This document shows positions 1 to 9,808 of a stretch of 64,000 nt of DNA, one piece after another. The notes below the pieces were generated by a model. That model saw only the letters and a list, made by a program, of their open reading frames with translations, made no database searches and was not told where the DNA came from. Location of the stretch: positions 9,607 through 73,606 of the forward strand of contig DIUO01000015.1 in the NCBI GenBank assembly GCA_002422365.1, given 5' to 3'. Every line of letters starts with the position of its first letter. Position 1 is the stretch's first letter. Origin of the DNA: Proteobacteria bacterium UBA6156. Lineage in GTDB: Bacteria > Pseudomonadota > Alphaproteobacteria > UBA2136 > UBA6156. Made by a program: the position numbers and the translations under genes.

Positions 1-154
1 TTGCCCAGCGGCGGGCCAGTTGGCGCGGGCCCCACGTGCCTTCACGTTCGGCGGGTGCCAGCACGCGGTGTAAAAATTTATCCCCGAAACGTTTCAGCCC
101 AGCCTCTATCCGGCTAATGGCACAAATGTCGGTTCCAATTCCCAATATAGTCAT
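1..154 (-). CDS. acpS: holo-[acyl-carrier-protein] synthase (4'-phosphopantetheinyl transferase); 3-prime part cut by window edge
   Basis: My own translation of the minus strand from the ATG at 154-152 gives MTILGIGTDICAISRIEAGLKRFGDKFLHRVLAPAEREG..., a canonical AcpS N-terminus. It is absent from the ORF track because it runs off the window. Confidence 0.75.
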   Translation of the reverse strand, partial: MTILGIGTDICAISRIEAGLKRFGDKFLHRVLAPAEREGTWGPRQLARRWA

Positions 155-198
155 AGGTGTGGCTTAGCATGGTTTGCGCTCAGCGCCAAGATAACCCC

Positions 199-834
199 TT
201 ACCCCGAAGCCTTCGCCTGCCGCTTCTCAGCTATCCTGCGGCGTCGATACGCCCAGAAACGCTTCACTTCCCAGTGCGTCAACCAGTAGGTTACCAACGC
301 CAGCGGTATGCCCAACATTTGCCCGCCCGCCGCGAGGGGGAGGAGGACACCGCGTGCGAGGGGGCGCCAATTTTCGATAATAAATGACAAATTCGCATTT
401 TCCATCAATACCTTAAAGCCTACCGCGTGTTCGTTGAGCGGAAAAAGCACAAGGCCCGTTTTATAGCAGGCAAGCCATATTACCGGCATGGTCCAGGCAT
501 TTCCAACCAGCTGAGCTAAAAACGCAGTAACCATGCTGGCGCGCATCAGCCAGGCAAATGTGACAGATAACAGCCCGCCCAGGCCCGGTAGCGGTAAAAA
601 ATTAGCCCACATACCTATGGCCATACCCAGTGCAACGTGGTGGGGGTCGGCGGCGCTGCGGCGCACTTTTAACAAAAAATACCGCAACATGGCGCGCCAG
701 CCCATGCTGGGCCATAACGTATCGCGCCCCCACTCGGCCACATTCAGCGGTATGGCATACCACCGTGCCCGCCCCATGCGGCGCAGGGTATGCACACCCC
801 GTTTTCGTGTTTTTGTTACCTGCAACCAATCCAA
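199..834 (-). CDS. DUF2062-family integral membrane protein
   Basis: 211-aa ORF. It is multi-TM, with the HHVALGMAIGMWANFLPLPGLGGLL pattern typical of DUF2062 and a basic C-terminus. The start codon is uncertain. Confidence 0.6.
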   Translation of the reverse strand: MDWLQVTKTRKRGVHTLRRMGRARWYAIPLNVAEWGRDTLWPSMGWRAMLRYFLLKVRRSAADPHHVALGMAIGMWANFLPLPGLGGLLSVTFAWLMRASMVTAFLAQLVGNAWTMPVIWLACYKTGLVLFPLNEHAVGFKVLMENANLSFIIENWRPLARGVLLPLAAGGQMLGIPLALVTYWLTHWEVKRFWAYRRRRIAEKRQAKASG

Positions 835-954
835 AAAAAATGCCTTATGTTTTTATCCGTTTTCAGTAACGGCCTCGATTGCCTTTGGTTCTATCATCAT
901 GCACTTCAAATGACACCCCTTGCCGTGAGGTTTTTTAACTCGGTAAGGCAGGCG

Positions 955-3210
955 TCAACTCCAGCCATAGATCTTCTCTACCCGCAGCATCACCTTCAGG
1001 GCGGAGAGGTGTTGGATGAGCTTGTTCAGGTGCTCTTTACCCTTAATCTCAATTTCGCAGCGGATGCTGGTGCTGTCGGCCGTACGGTTCTCGGTCGCAA
1101 TTTCGATAATATTGGCATCGGCGTTGGCGATGGTGCTGGTGATGGTGGCCAGGGCGCCGGGGTCGGTTTTGACATGAAAGCGAAGGCGGCACACGAACTG
1201 CCGCAAATCGCCCTGTTCGGCCTGCTTGCTCCAGCGCACGGGCAGCCAGCGGTCGGGCTGGTCGGCAAATTGCTCCAGGTTTTTGCAGGTGCGCATATGA
1301 ATGTTAATGCCTTTGCCCGTGGCGATAATCCCCACGATATCTTCGCCCGGTAAGGGGCTACAGCACTTGGCAAAGTGAACCGACATACCGGTGGTAATGC
1401 CTTCCAGCCCCACGGCTTCGTCGACCACCTTGCCCACCTGCTCTTCCGCCTTGCGCCTTGCCATGCGCTCGGCGGCTTTCTCGGCGGCCTTGTCGGCAGC
1501 TTTGGCGGGGGTCATCGGCTGGGCGAGATCCGGGGCCATCACTTCCATAATCTGGCGGGGGAATAAGCGCCCCTGCCCCAGGGCGGCGTAGGCGTCTTCC
1601 ACGCTTTCCACCTGCTGCACCGGCAGCTTGGGCACCACCTTGGCCAATTCTTTTTCGCTCCAGCTCCAGCCATCGCGCCGGGCGGCTTTTTCTAGAATTT
1701 CGCGCCCGATGCGCACCTGCTCCACCCGCTCCTGCTGGCGCAAAAAGCGGTTGATGGCCGAGCGCGCGCGCGAGCTCACCACAAACTCGCGCCAACCAGG
1801 GTTGGGCTGCTGGTGCGGGCTGGTTACAATTTCCACCATGTCGCCGTTTTCCAGCACGCGGCGCAGGGGCACCACACTGCCGTTCACCTTGGCGGAGACA
1901 GTTTTATTACCTAAGTTGCTGTGCACCGCATAGGCAAAATCCAGCGGGGTGGCACCGCGCGGCAGCTGGATGACATCGCCCTTGGGCGTAAAACAAAACA
2001 CGTTGTCACTGAACAATTCCAGCTTGGCGTTTTCGTAAAATTCGGCCGGGTCTTCCACGCCCTGTAACTGTTCCACCAGGCTTTTCAGCCAGCGGTAGGG
2101 GCTGCTGCGGGCGTCCTTCGGCGGGGCCATTTGCCCTGCGGCCAGCTGGGTTTCTTCGGCTTTCACGTCGGTACCCTGCCCCGGTTTATACAGCCAGTGG
2201 GCGGCTACGCCGTTTTCGGCCACGTCGTGCATTTCGCGCGTGCGTATCTGCACCTCCATGCGGTTGCCGAACGGCCCCACCACACTGGTGTGCAGGCTTT
2301 GGTAACCGTTGGGTTTGGGGGCGGATATATAATCCTTAAACCGCCCCGGTATGGCCTTAAAACGGTCGTGCATCATGCCCAGCACTTCGTAGCATTCGCG
2401 CTTGGTGTCGGTGACAATGCGGTAGGCGACAATGTCGGTCAGCTGGTCGAAGGCCAGGCTTTTGCGCACCATCTTCTGGTAAATGCTGTAGACGGCTTTT
2501 TCTCGGCCGCTCACTTCGGCCTTTAGGTTGGCGCGGGTCAGTTCTTCTTTCAGCACGGCGGTGACGCGGCCTACCAGGTCGTCTTGCTCGCGCCATTCGC
2601 CCATGCGGCGGCTTATGGCGGCGTATTCGTCGGGCTCCAGTATCTGAAAGCTCATATCCTCCAGCTCGGCCTTAATGGCGTGCAGGCCAATGCGGTCGGC
2701 CAACTGGGCGTAAATATCCATGGTTTCGCGTGCAATGCGGCGCTTCTTCTGCTCGTTGCTGAAGGCCCCCAGCGTGCGCATGTTGTGCAGGCGGTCGGCC
2801 AGCTTGATCAGCAGTACCCGAATGTCCTTGCTCATCGCCAGCAGCAACTTGCGGAAGTTCTCGGCTTGCTCCACCGCCTTGTCTTCAAACGATATTTTCG
2901 AAAGTTTGGTGACCCCTTCGGTCAGCTCGGCAACTTCCGGCCCAAACAGGCTGCGAATCTCGTCATAGGTGCTTAATGTATCTTCCAACGTATCGTGCAG
3001 CAACCCCACGGCAATACTGGCATCGTCCAGCTGCAGGTCGGCCAGTATGCCCGCCACCGCCAAGGGGTGCACAAGGTACGGCTGGCCGCTGGCGCGCTTC
3101 TGGTTGCCGTGAGCCTTCATGCTGTACACATAGGCGCGGTTAATCAGGCCCACGTCGGCCTTCGGGTTATAGGCCCGCACCTTTTCTATCAGCTCGTATT
3201 GGCGAATCAT
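955..3210 (-). CDS. spoT: bifunctional (p)ppGpp synthetase/hydrolase (RelA/SpoT family)
   Basis: HD hydrolase motif (HPLAVAGILADL...LLHDTLEDT), followed by RelA/SpoT synthetase, TGS and ACT regions. The ORF opens at 3246, but MIRQYELIEKV at 3210 matches the usual N-terminus. Confidence 0.93.
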   Translation of the reverse strand: MIRQYELIEKVRAYNPKADVGLINRAYVYSMKAHGNQKRASGQPYLVHPLAVAGILADLQLDDASIAVGLLHDTLEDTLSTYDEIRSLFGPEVAELTEGVTKLSKISFEDKAVEQAENFRKLLLAMSKDIRVLLIKLADRLHNMRTLGAFSNEQKKRRIARETMDIYAQLADRIGLHAIKAELEDMSFQILEPDEYAAISRRMGEWREQDDLVGRVTAVLKEELTRANLKAEVSGREKAVYSIYQKMVRKSLAFDQLTDIVAYRIVTDTKRECYEVLGMMHDRFKAIPGRFKDYISAPKPNGYQSLHTSVVGPFGNRMEVQIRTREMHDVAENGVAAHWLYKPGQGTDVKAEETQLAAGQMAPPKDARSSPYRWLKSLVEQLQGVEDPAEFYENAKLELFSDNVFCFTPKGDVIQLPRGATPLDFAYAVHSNLGNKTVSAKVNGSVVPLRRVLENGDMVEIVTSPHQQPNPGWREFVVSSRARSAINRFLRQQERVEQVRIGREILEKAARRDGWSWSEKELAKVVPKLPVQQVESVEDAYAALGQGRLFPRQIMEVMAPDLAQPMTPAKAADKAAEKAAERMARRKAEEQVGKVVDEAVGLEGITTGMSVHFAKCCSPLPGEDIVGIIATGKGINIHMRTCKNLEQFADQPDRWLPVRWSKQAEQGDLRQFVCRLRFHVKTDPGALATITSTIANADANIIEIATENRTADSTSIRCEIEIKGKEHLNKLIQHLSALKVMLRVEKIYGWS

Positions 3211-3292
3211 ATGTTCCAGTGTGGCATTGCAAGCGCCGAAAAACAACTGCCCCGCTTACATAAGCCCACCCCCTGTAACCGAAAAGAAAGGG

Positions 3293-3324
3293 AAAAAAGG
3301 CGGCCCGACCGAAGTCGGGCCGCC
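3293..3324 (-). terminator. Rho-independent terminator downstream of the 3352-3843 gene
   Basis: 11-bp stem ggcggcccgac/gtcgggccgcc with a 4-nt loop, followed by a T-run on the minus strand. Confidence 0.7.
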
Positions 3325-3351
3325 AAAGCGCGGTGCAGCAGGTGCGCGGGT

Positions 3352-3843
3352 TCAGTTGCCAGCGCTGCTGAGGGATAGGCGAGGGTTTCCGTCCCCCCTT
3401 CCTCCATAGAGGATGACATACTTTCCCTGGCTGAGCCGGACGCAGCCCACGCCGATCTCGCATTCGCTGAATTCGATCGGCGGGCCTACCGCCCGGCCCT
3501 GCTCGTCGAGCTGGAAGAGCAAGGGAACGAGACTCCCCTGACCCGTCAGGTTCAGCTCTGCAGCGTTGTCAACGAGAATGGTCAAGGTATAATAGACCGT
3601 TTCGTCCGTGCATGTCAGAGGTGAAGAGATATAGCCAAGCACCGACATAGGGATGAGCCGCATGTTCCATTCCAGCGGCAAGCAGCCCATAACCGGCGCG
3701 GAAACTTGCTGCCTTTTCTTGAAGTCAGGCGGCAGACTCTCGTAAGCCTTGATCGCTTCAATATGACGAAACTCTAAAGCTGTCGAGGCATTGGCAGGCA
3801 CTGCGAGAACGGCCAGAAAGGCCGCAAAGAACAAACGGAACAT
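3352..3843 (-). CDS. secreted hypothetical protein (signal peptide, 163 aa)
   Basis: N-terminus MFRLFFAAFLAVLAVPANA looks like a Sec signal. It has several Cys, I recognise no family, and it is followed by its own terminator. Confidence 0.6.
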   Translation of the reverse strand: MFRLFFAAFLAVLAVPANASTALEFRHIEAIKAYESLPPDFKKRQQVSAPVMGCLPLEWNMRLIPMSVLGYISSPLTCTDETVYYTLTILVDNAAELNLTGQGSLVPLLFQLDEQGRAVGPPIEFSECEIGVGCVRLSQGKYVILYGGRGDGNPRLSLSSAGN

Positions 3844-3927
3844 TTCATGGTTCTCCGTGAATCGTACCCCACCTTACCACAAACCTACTAAATAACAAGT
3901 ACGTCATCTGCCTCCATAAGTATTGCC

Positions 3928-3959
3928 AAAAGGGCCCAACCTACTGGTCGGGCCCTTTT
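3928..3959 (-). terminator. Rho-independent terminator downstream of the 3984-4403 gene
   Basis: Inverted repeat aaaagggccc ... gggccctttt, with a T-run on both strands. Confidence 0.65.
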
Positions 3960-3983
3960 CTCTGGCATACTATGCTGTGCTTA

Positions 3984-4403
3984 TTATCCGCCCGCAACTT
4001 TTTCAGGTCCCGGGAATCCCTTTGAGCGGCTGATGCAGATCCGCACGTCGCCGGGAGTTTCGAACTGAAAGTTATAGAAACCCGGTTCCCATATCTTGTC
4101 CATCACCACATCCTCCCTGTTCGGGTAATCTCTGAAGTTGGGAACTTGGGACGGGCCGCCCCAATCGATTGGCCCGTCCCACTTGAAGAAGATTGGGTCA
4201 GGAACCTCCTTCTGGATGTAAAGGAATGTGTTCGGGATGAAAGTCTCGACCGTATAGACGAATTCGGCGTTGACGTGATTTTCCCAGCAGCTTTCCTGGG
4301 GGTCTTCGAATTCGACTCCGACGACGTAATGGCCCTCCGCGGCCCAGACGACGCCCAAAAGCGCCAGCACAGTCATAAGTGATGCTGCAAAAACGTGTCG
4401 CAT
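3984..4403 (-). CDS. secreted hypothetical protein (signal peptide, about 139 aa)
   Basis: The ORF opens at 4445, but [21 protein letters not shown] (start at 4403) is a plausible signal peptide. I recognise no family. Confidence 0.55.
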   Translation of the reverse strand: MRHVFAASLMTVLALLGVVWAAEGHYVVGVEFEDPQESCWENHVNAEFVYTVETFIPNTFLYIQKEVPDPIFFKWDGPIDWGGPSQVPNFRDYPNREDVVMDKIWEPGFYNFQFETPGDVRICISRSKGFPGPEKVAGG

Positions 4404-4572
4404 GTTTCGCTCTTTCTGGGCCGCGCCCAATAGAGTTGAATTCACGCAAACACCTTACACCATATCCATCCTTTCGGCTATCCCTTCTTATTCCTTACCT
4501 TTTCAATCTTTTCTTTCGCATCCCGCAAAAATCCTCTTCCGCTACTTTGATTTATGTGCAACAAATAGCCCC

Positions 4573-7524
4573 ATGCCGAAATACACGCCCGCCGACAGCA
4601 TTACCCCGACCAGCCACCTGATCGTAAAAGGTGCGCGGGAACATAACCTGAAGAACGTGAGCCTGACGCTGCCGAAGCGCACGCTGAGCGTGATTACGGG
4701 GGTGAGCGGCAGCGGCAAAAGCAGCTTGGCGTTCGATACCATTTATGCCGAAGGTCAGCGCCGCTATGTGGAAAGCCTGAGCGCCTACGCCCGGCAGTTT
4801 TTGGAGCTGAACAACAAGCCGGACGTTGACCGGATTGACGGCCTGGCCCCAGCGATTGCTATAGAGCAGAAAACCACCAGCAAAAACCCGCGCAGCACGG
4901 TGGGTACCATTACCGAGATTTACGACTACCTGCGGCTATTGTACGCCAACGCGGGCACCGCGCACTGCCCCAACCACCCGGATATTGAAATTACCGCGCA
5001 GACGATTCAGCAAATGGTAGACCACGTGCTGGCCTGGCCCACCGGCACCAAACTGATGGTGATGGCGCCTGTGATACGCGGCCGCAAGGGCGAGTATATT
5101 AAGGAGCGCCAGCACTGGCAGGCGATGGGCTACACCCGCGCCGAAATTGACGGCGAACTGCTGGATTTGGCCGACAATGCCAAGCTGGTGAAGAACGAAA
5201 AGCACGATATTGCGCTGGTTATCGACCGGCTGGTGCTGAAAAGCGGCGACGAGAATGCGCCACTGGCTACCCGTTTGGCCGACAGCCTGGCCACGGCACT
5301 GAAGCTGGCGGAAGGGCTGGCGGAAGTGGTGCAAATGGATGTGCCGGGAGAGGCCGGGCGTAAATTGTTCAGTGAAAAACACAGTTGCCCTGTGTGCGGC
5401 CACGCCACCCAAATGGAGCCGCGCCTGTTTAGTTTTAACAGCCCTTTTGGGGCATGCCAGACGTGCGATGGTCTGGGCGAAGTGATCTTTTTCAGCCCGG
5501 ATTTGGTGGTGCCGGACGAAGACCTTACTATTAACCAGGGGTCCATTCATCCTTGGCGCGAAAAGGCCGGACGTGAAGGCTTTCAGCTCGGTAAAACCGG
5601 CAATTATTACATTAAGGCGCTGGCGCGGCACTATGGCTTTAGCCCGGATACCCCCTGGAAAAAGCTGCCCAGCACGGTGAGAGATATGCTGCTGTATGGG
5701 AGTGGTACAGAGAAAATTGAGTTTAAATTTGAGGGGGGGAAATCGACGTTTTCGACTAAAAAAGCATTCGATGGCGTGCTGGATATTCTTAAACGGCGGT
5801 GGGAGGGAAGCACGAACCCGTATTCCCGCGAAGACCTGAACCGTTACCGCGCGGCCAAACCTTGCGAGGCCTGCGGCGGTGCGCGGCTGAACCCCTCGGC
5901 GTTGGCCGTAACCGTGGGCGGTAAAAATGTGCATGATTATACCCGCATGGCGATTAACACCGCGCTGGCGTTTACCGAGCACTTGCAAAGCAGCTTAAGC
6001 GGTGCGGCCGGGCAGATTGCCACGCCGATTTTGCGAGAAATAAATGCGCGGTTAGGGTTTTTGAACCATGTGGGCTTGAATTATTTGTCTCTCGACCGCA
6101 CGGCGGGAACGCTGAGCGGGGGGGAGGCGCAGCGGATTCGGCTGGCTTCGCAAATTGGCAGCGGCCTGACCGGCGTGCTTTATGTGCTGGATGAACCGAG
6201 CATTGGCCTGCACCAGCGCGACAACACGCGCCTGCTGGAAACCCTGACCAAACTGCGCGACCTGGACAACACCGTGCTGGTGGTGGAGCACGACGAAGAC
6301 GCCATACGCATGGCCGATTATGTGGTGGATATGGGCCCGCTGGCGGGTGTGCTTGGCGGAGAAGTGGTGGCCGCAGGCACCGTGGATGACCTGATTGCCG
6401 AGCCCCGCAGTATTACCGGGCAATTTTTAAGCGGCAAGCGCTGTATTGCCGTGCCCGCCACGCGCCGCCCAACCGACCCTGCCCGGCAGATTGCCGTGCA
6501 TGACGCCCAAGGCAACAATTTGCGCCATGTTACGGCGGCTTTTCCGGTGGGCGTGCTGACGTGTGTCACGGGTGTTTCCGGCAGCGGAAAATCGACTTTA
6601 GTGATGGACACGCTGCACCATGCGCTGGCGGCCCGCCTGAATGGCAGCAAGGAGCAGCCGGCTAAACATAGCAAAATCAAGGGTTTGGAACACATTGATA
6701 AGCTGGTGAACATTGATCAATCGCCCATTGGCCGCACGCCGCGCAGCAACCCGGCCACTTATACGGGCATTTATGGCCCGATACGCGATTGGTATGCCGC
6801 GTTGCCGGAAAGCAAGGCGCGCGGCTACGGCCCGGGGCGCTTCAGCTTTAACGTGAAAGGTGGCCGCTGCGAGGCGTGTGAAGGCGACGGCGTGATTAAA
6901 GTGGAAATGCACTTTTTGCCGGATGTGTATGTGCCCTGCGAAGTGTGCCGGGGGAAGCGCTTTAACCGCGAGACGCTGGAGGTGCTGTTTAAGGGGAAAT
7001 CGATCGCCGACGTGCTGGATATGACGGTTGCCGATGCGCACAGCTTTTTCTCCGGTGTGCCGCGCCTGGCCAAACAGCTGAAGACGCTTGAAGATGTGGG
7101 ACTTGGTTACATCAAGCTGGGGCAGAACGCCACCACCCTTTCCGGCGGGGAAGCCCAGCGCGTGAAGCTGGCGAAGGAGCTGACGAAAATTGCCACCGGC
7201 CGCACGTTGTATATTTTGGATGAACCAACGACAGGGCTGCACTTTGCGGACATTGACCAGCTGCTGAAAGTGCTGCACCGGCTAGTGGATGCGGGTAACA
7301 CCATGGTGATTATTGAGCATAACCTGGATGTGATTAAAACCGCCGACTGGGTTATCGACATCGGCCCGGAAGGCGGCAGCGGCGGCGGACAACTGATTGC
7401 CGAAGGCACGCCGGAGGATGTGGTGAACGTCAAAAGCAGCTTTACGGGTCAGTATCTAGCACCGCTGCTGAAGGCGGCCCCTGCCCCGCAGAGTACCAAA
7501 CCGAAAAAGAAGAAGGCCGCTTAA
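4573..7524 (+). CDS. uvrA: excinuclease ABC subunit A
   Basis: Two ABC ATPase modules ([14 protein letters not shown] and [11 protein letters not shown]; LSGGEAQR twice) plus the UvrA zinc modules (CPVCG...CQTCDG; CEACEGDG...CEVCRG). The true start is MPKYTPAD at 4573. The ORF-track extension from 4402 is spurious. Confidence 0.97.
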   Translation: MPKYTPADSITPTSHLIVKGAREHNLKNVSLTLPKRTLSVITGVSGSGKSSLAFDTIYAEGQRRYVESLSAYARQFLELNNKPDVDRIDGLAPAIAIEQKTTSKNPRSTVGTITEIYDYLRLLYANAGTAHCPNHPDIEITAQTIQQMVDHVLAWPTGTKLMVMAPVIRGRKGEYIKERQHWQAMGYTRAEIDGELLDLADNAKLVKNEKHDIALVIDRLVLKSGDENAPLATRLADSLATALKLAEGLAEVVQMDVPGEAGRKLFSEKHSCPVCGHATQMEPRLFSFNSPFGACQTCDGLGEVIFFSPDLVVPDEDLTINQGSIHPWREKAGREGFQLGKTGNYYIKALARHYGFSPDTPWKKLPSTVRDMLLYGSGTEKIEFKFEGGKSTFSTKKAFDGVLDILKRRWEGSTNPYSREDLNRYRAAKPCEACGGARLNPSALAVTVGGKNVHDYTRMAINTALAFTEHLQSSLSGAAGQIATPILREINARLGFLNHVGLNYLSLDRTAGTLSGGEAQRIRLASQIGSGLTGVLYVLDEPSIGLHQRDNTRLLETLTKLRDLDNTVLVVEHDEDAIRMADYVVDMGPLAGVLGGEVVAAGTVDDLIAEPRSITGQFLSGKRCIAVPATRRPTDPARQIAVHDAQGNNLRHVTAAFPVGVLTCVTGVSGSGKSTLVMDTLHHALAARLNGSKEQPAKHSKIKGLEHIDKLVNIDQSPIGRTPRSNPATYTGIYGPIRDWYAALPESKARGYGPGRFSFNVKGGRCEACEGDGVIKVEMHFLPDVYVPCEVCRGKRFNRETLEVLFKGKSIADVLDMTVADAHSFFSGVPRLAKQLKTLEDVGLGYIKLGQNATTLSGGEAQRVKLAKELTKIATGRTLYILDEPTTGLHFADIDQLLKVLHRLVDAGNTMVIIEHNLDVIKTADWVIDIGPEGGSGGGQLIAEGTPEDVVNVKSSFTGQYLAPLLKAAPAPQSTKPKKKKAA

Positions 7525-7537
7525 GCGGCCTTTTTTA
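7513..7537. terminator. bidirectional intrinsic terminator shared by uvrA and the convergent 7535-8029 gene
   Basis: aaggccgc-ttaa-gcggcctt flanked by an A-run and a T-run. The uvrA stop codon TAA lies in the loop. Confidence 0.7.
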
Positions 7538-8029
7538 TTCGGTGGCGGTGTAAATCTCGCTGCCTAGCAGCAGGGCTTTGCCGTCGAAGCAGAGGAAGCG
7601 GACGCTGCGGGAGCCGTCGGGCTTCAGGCTGACCTTGATTTGCTGGTGCTTGACGCTGAGTTCGTTGCAGTCGCGCTGGGCATTGCCCCAGGGGGTTTCT
7701 GAGGATATTTTGGCGAGCGATTCGCTCATCTGCTTGTTGGCGGCGGTGATGTTCTGAAGCTGCGTATTTTTCATCCGCTGCATTTCGTCGGAGACATTCT
7801 GGGCGCGGGCGCTGGCGGCTTGCACGTCTTTTGCCAGCATATCGTTCGCTTTTTGCAGGGCACGCACCTGGCTTTGCAGTTGTTCGTTCTGGTCTTGCAG
7901 CTTGCCGAACAAAAGCTCGAACCGGGAGGCTTGCAGGCTGGCTTCGCGCACCGCGCGGGCGTTGTCTTGTGCCCAGGCAGGCGCGAGTAACAAAGCGCAC
8001 GGCACTAAAAATAGGACAAATCGTTTCAT
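7535..8029 (-). CDS. secreted coiled-coil hypothetical protein
   Basis: MKRFVLFLVPCALLLAPAWA signal peptide (start at 8029), then a Gln/Ala-rich heptad-like region. I recognise no family. Confidence 0.55.
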   Translation of the reverse strand: MKRFVLFLVPCALLLAPAWAQDNARAVREASLQASRFELLFGKLQDQNEQLQSQVRALQKANDMLAKDVQAASARAQNVSDEMQRMKNTQLQNITAANKQMSESLAKISSETPWGNAQRDCNELSVKHQQIKVSLKPDGSRSVRFLCFDGKALLLGSEIYTATE

Positions 8030-8114
8030 GGCAGAACCTTCTTTTGCCAAAGATTAGCGTGTTGTAACCTGTTTGGGGCGCCCCTGCCCGCGTTATGGGC
8101 AAGAAACCTTTCGG

Positions 8115-8735
8115 TTAGAGCGCAAAGCGCGGGCTGGATTTGTGCTCGCGGGAGGCGATGGTGCGTTGCTCGACCATTTCCCAGTTCACGTTCTGCATGA
8201 AGGCGTCGATGTACTTCGGGCGCTCGGTGGTGCCGTAGTCTATCAGGAAGGCGTGCTCCCAGACATCGCAGCTGAGCAGCACATGGAAGCCGGGCATGTG
8301 GCCGTCGTTATGCAGCTCGATAAAGTGGTTGTTGACGTCGCCGGTCAGAGGGTCGGCGTAGCAAATGGCATGGCCCACGCCGCGTGTGCTGGCGGTGGCG
8401 ACGAAGTCGGCCTTCCAGGCCTCGAAGCTGCCGAACTTGGCGCTTACCAGCTTCTTGAATTCGGTGGCGACGCTGTCGGCAACACCCGCCTTCAGGTTGC
8501 CGAAGTAGTAGTCGTGCACCAGGATGCCGCACATTTCGAAGCCGAAGCGGCGTTTGCGGTCGAGGTAGAGCGGGGTAGTGCCTTCGCCTTTGGTGCGCAT
8601 GTCGGCCAGTTGGGTCATCAGGTTATTGGTTTGAGTGACGTAGCCTTCGTAGAGTTTCCAGTGGGCGTCGATTTGGGCGTCGGAGATGCCGACGAGGCCG
8701 GTGGGCTTGAATTCGGTGCGGGCGGTGTAGGTCAT
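8115..8735 (-). CDS. Fe/Mn-family superoxide dismutase (divergent)
   Basis: C-terminal DVWEHAFLIDY matches the DxWEHAYY signature. The candidate N-terminal His ligands (AHWKLYEGYV, LVHDYYFGNL) are retained. Confidence 0.8.
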   Translation of the reverse strand: MTYTARTEFKPTGLVGISDAQIDAHWKLYEGYVTQTNNLMTQLADMRTKGEGTTPLYLDRKRRFGFEMCGILVHDYYFGNLKAGVADSVATEFKKLVSAKFGSFEAWKADFVATASTRGVGHAICYADPLTGDVNNHFIELHNDGHMPGFHVLLSCDVWEHAFLIDYGTTERPKYIDAFMQNVNWEMVEQRTIASREHKSSPRFAL

Positions 8736-8771
8736 GGCGGGCTCTTTCTCTTGGGTTGGAATGGCGGCAGT

Positions 8772-9743
8772 TTAACGTTTTTTAGGGGGCTTTTGTTCGG
8801 TTTTTTCCGGCTTAGGGGGGGCAGCTTCGGCGGCGGCCATTTTTTTGTACCATTCCTCCAGCGCCAGTAGGGCGGAGCTGCTGACGAAAATGCTGGAGTA
8901 GGTGCCCAGTGCCACGCCGATGATGAGGATGCGGGCGAACTCGTGCACCGCCTCGCCGCCCCACAGGAACAGGCACCAGAGGACGAGGAAGACCGAGCCA
9001 CCTGTCATGATGGTGCGGCCGAGGGTTTGGTTGACGGAGAGGTTGATGACCTCGGACAGCGGGCGGTTGGGATATTTGCGGCGGTTGTCGCGCACGCGGT
9101 CAAAGATCACGATGGTTTCGTTCAGAGAATAGCCGATGAGGGTGAGGATGGCGGCCAGCACGGTGAGCGTGACCTCGGTTTTAAGAATGGCGGCGATGCC
9201 GATGGTGAGGATGACGTCGTGCGAGAGGGCGAGGATGGCGCCGAGGCCGTAGCGGAACTCGAACCGCGCCCAGACATAGATGAGGATGGCGAGGATGCTG
9301 ACGAGCATTGCCATGAGGCCTTTCATGCGCAGTTCTTCTCCGACCTGCGGGCCGACAAATTCGACACGGCGGAGTTCGGCCCCGCCTGCAGCTTGGCTGA
9401 GGCCTTGCATGATGCTGACTTCGGCGTCTCCGCTTTGGGTGGCGGGGTTGTTGCCCGGCAGGCGCACCAGGTAGGTATCGGCTGCGCCGTATTGCTGAAT
9501 GATGGAACCGGGGAAACCGGCTTCTTCGGTTACGGTGCGGACTTCGGCAACGCTGAGCGGGCGGGCGAGTTGGGCTTCTACCATTTTGCCGCCGACGAAG
9601 TCGATGCCGTAATTGAGCCCCTGCACACCCAGCAGAACGAAGGTGAGGAGCACCATGATGGCGCTGCTCCAGAGCCAGAAGCTGCGCAGGCGCATGAAGT
9701 TGAAGTGGGGGACTTTATCGAACGGGCGGATGGGGAAACGCAT
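8772..9743 (-). CDS. secF: protein translocase subunit SecF
   Basis: Typical SecF sequence (FMRLR..., LNYGIDFVGG, six TM segments). It lies directly downstream of secD. Confidence 0.93.
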   Translation of the reverse strand: MRFPIRPFDKVPHFNFMRLRSFWLWSSAIMVLLTFVLLGVQGLNYGIDFVGGKMVEAQLARPLSVAEVRTVTEEAGFPGSIIQQYGAADTYLVRLPGNNPATQSGDAEVSIMQGLSQAAGGAELRRVEFVGPQVGEELRMKGLMAMLVSILAILIYVWARFEFRYGLGAILALSHDVILTIGIAAILKTEVTLTVLAAILTLIGYSLNETIVIFDRVRDNRRKYPNRPLSEVINLSVNQTLGRTIMTGGSVFLVLWCLFLWGGEAVHEFARILIIGVALGTYSSIFVSSSALLALEEWYKKMAAAEAAPPKPEKTEQKPPKKR

Positions 9744-9753
9744 GGGGACCTGG

Positions 9754-9794
9754 TTTTTTCGTGTTTGGTGTTGAGTATTGAGTTAGGTGTTTGG
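9754..9794 (-). repeat. TG/CA-rich heptad spacer element (secD-secF intergenic)
   Basis: ttttttcgtgtttggtgttgagtattgagttaggtgtttgg. It shares the core TTTTCGTGTTTGGTGTT with 7 other loci and ends 10 nt upstream of the secF ATG. Confidence 0.7.
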
Positions 9795-9808
9795 CGGTAG
9801 CCATAAGT

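Noticed and set aside
4402-4572. N-terminal extensions offered by the ORF track.
- uvrA from 4402
- eno to 19001
- clpX to 42729
- gltX to 60709
- secA to 63314
- tas from 43578
- tolB to 16794
   Set aside because: In each case an internal ATG reproduces the conserved family N-terminus. The extension is non-homologous, often overlaps the neighbouring gene or a repeat element, and lacks a ribosome-binding context.
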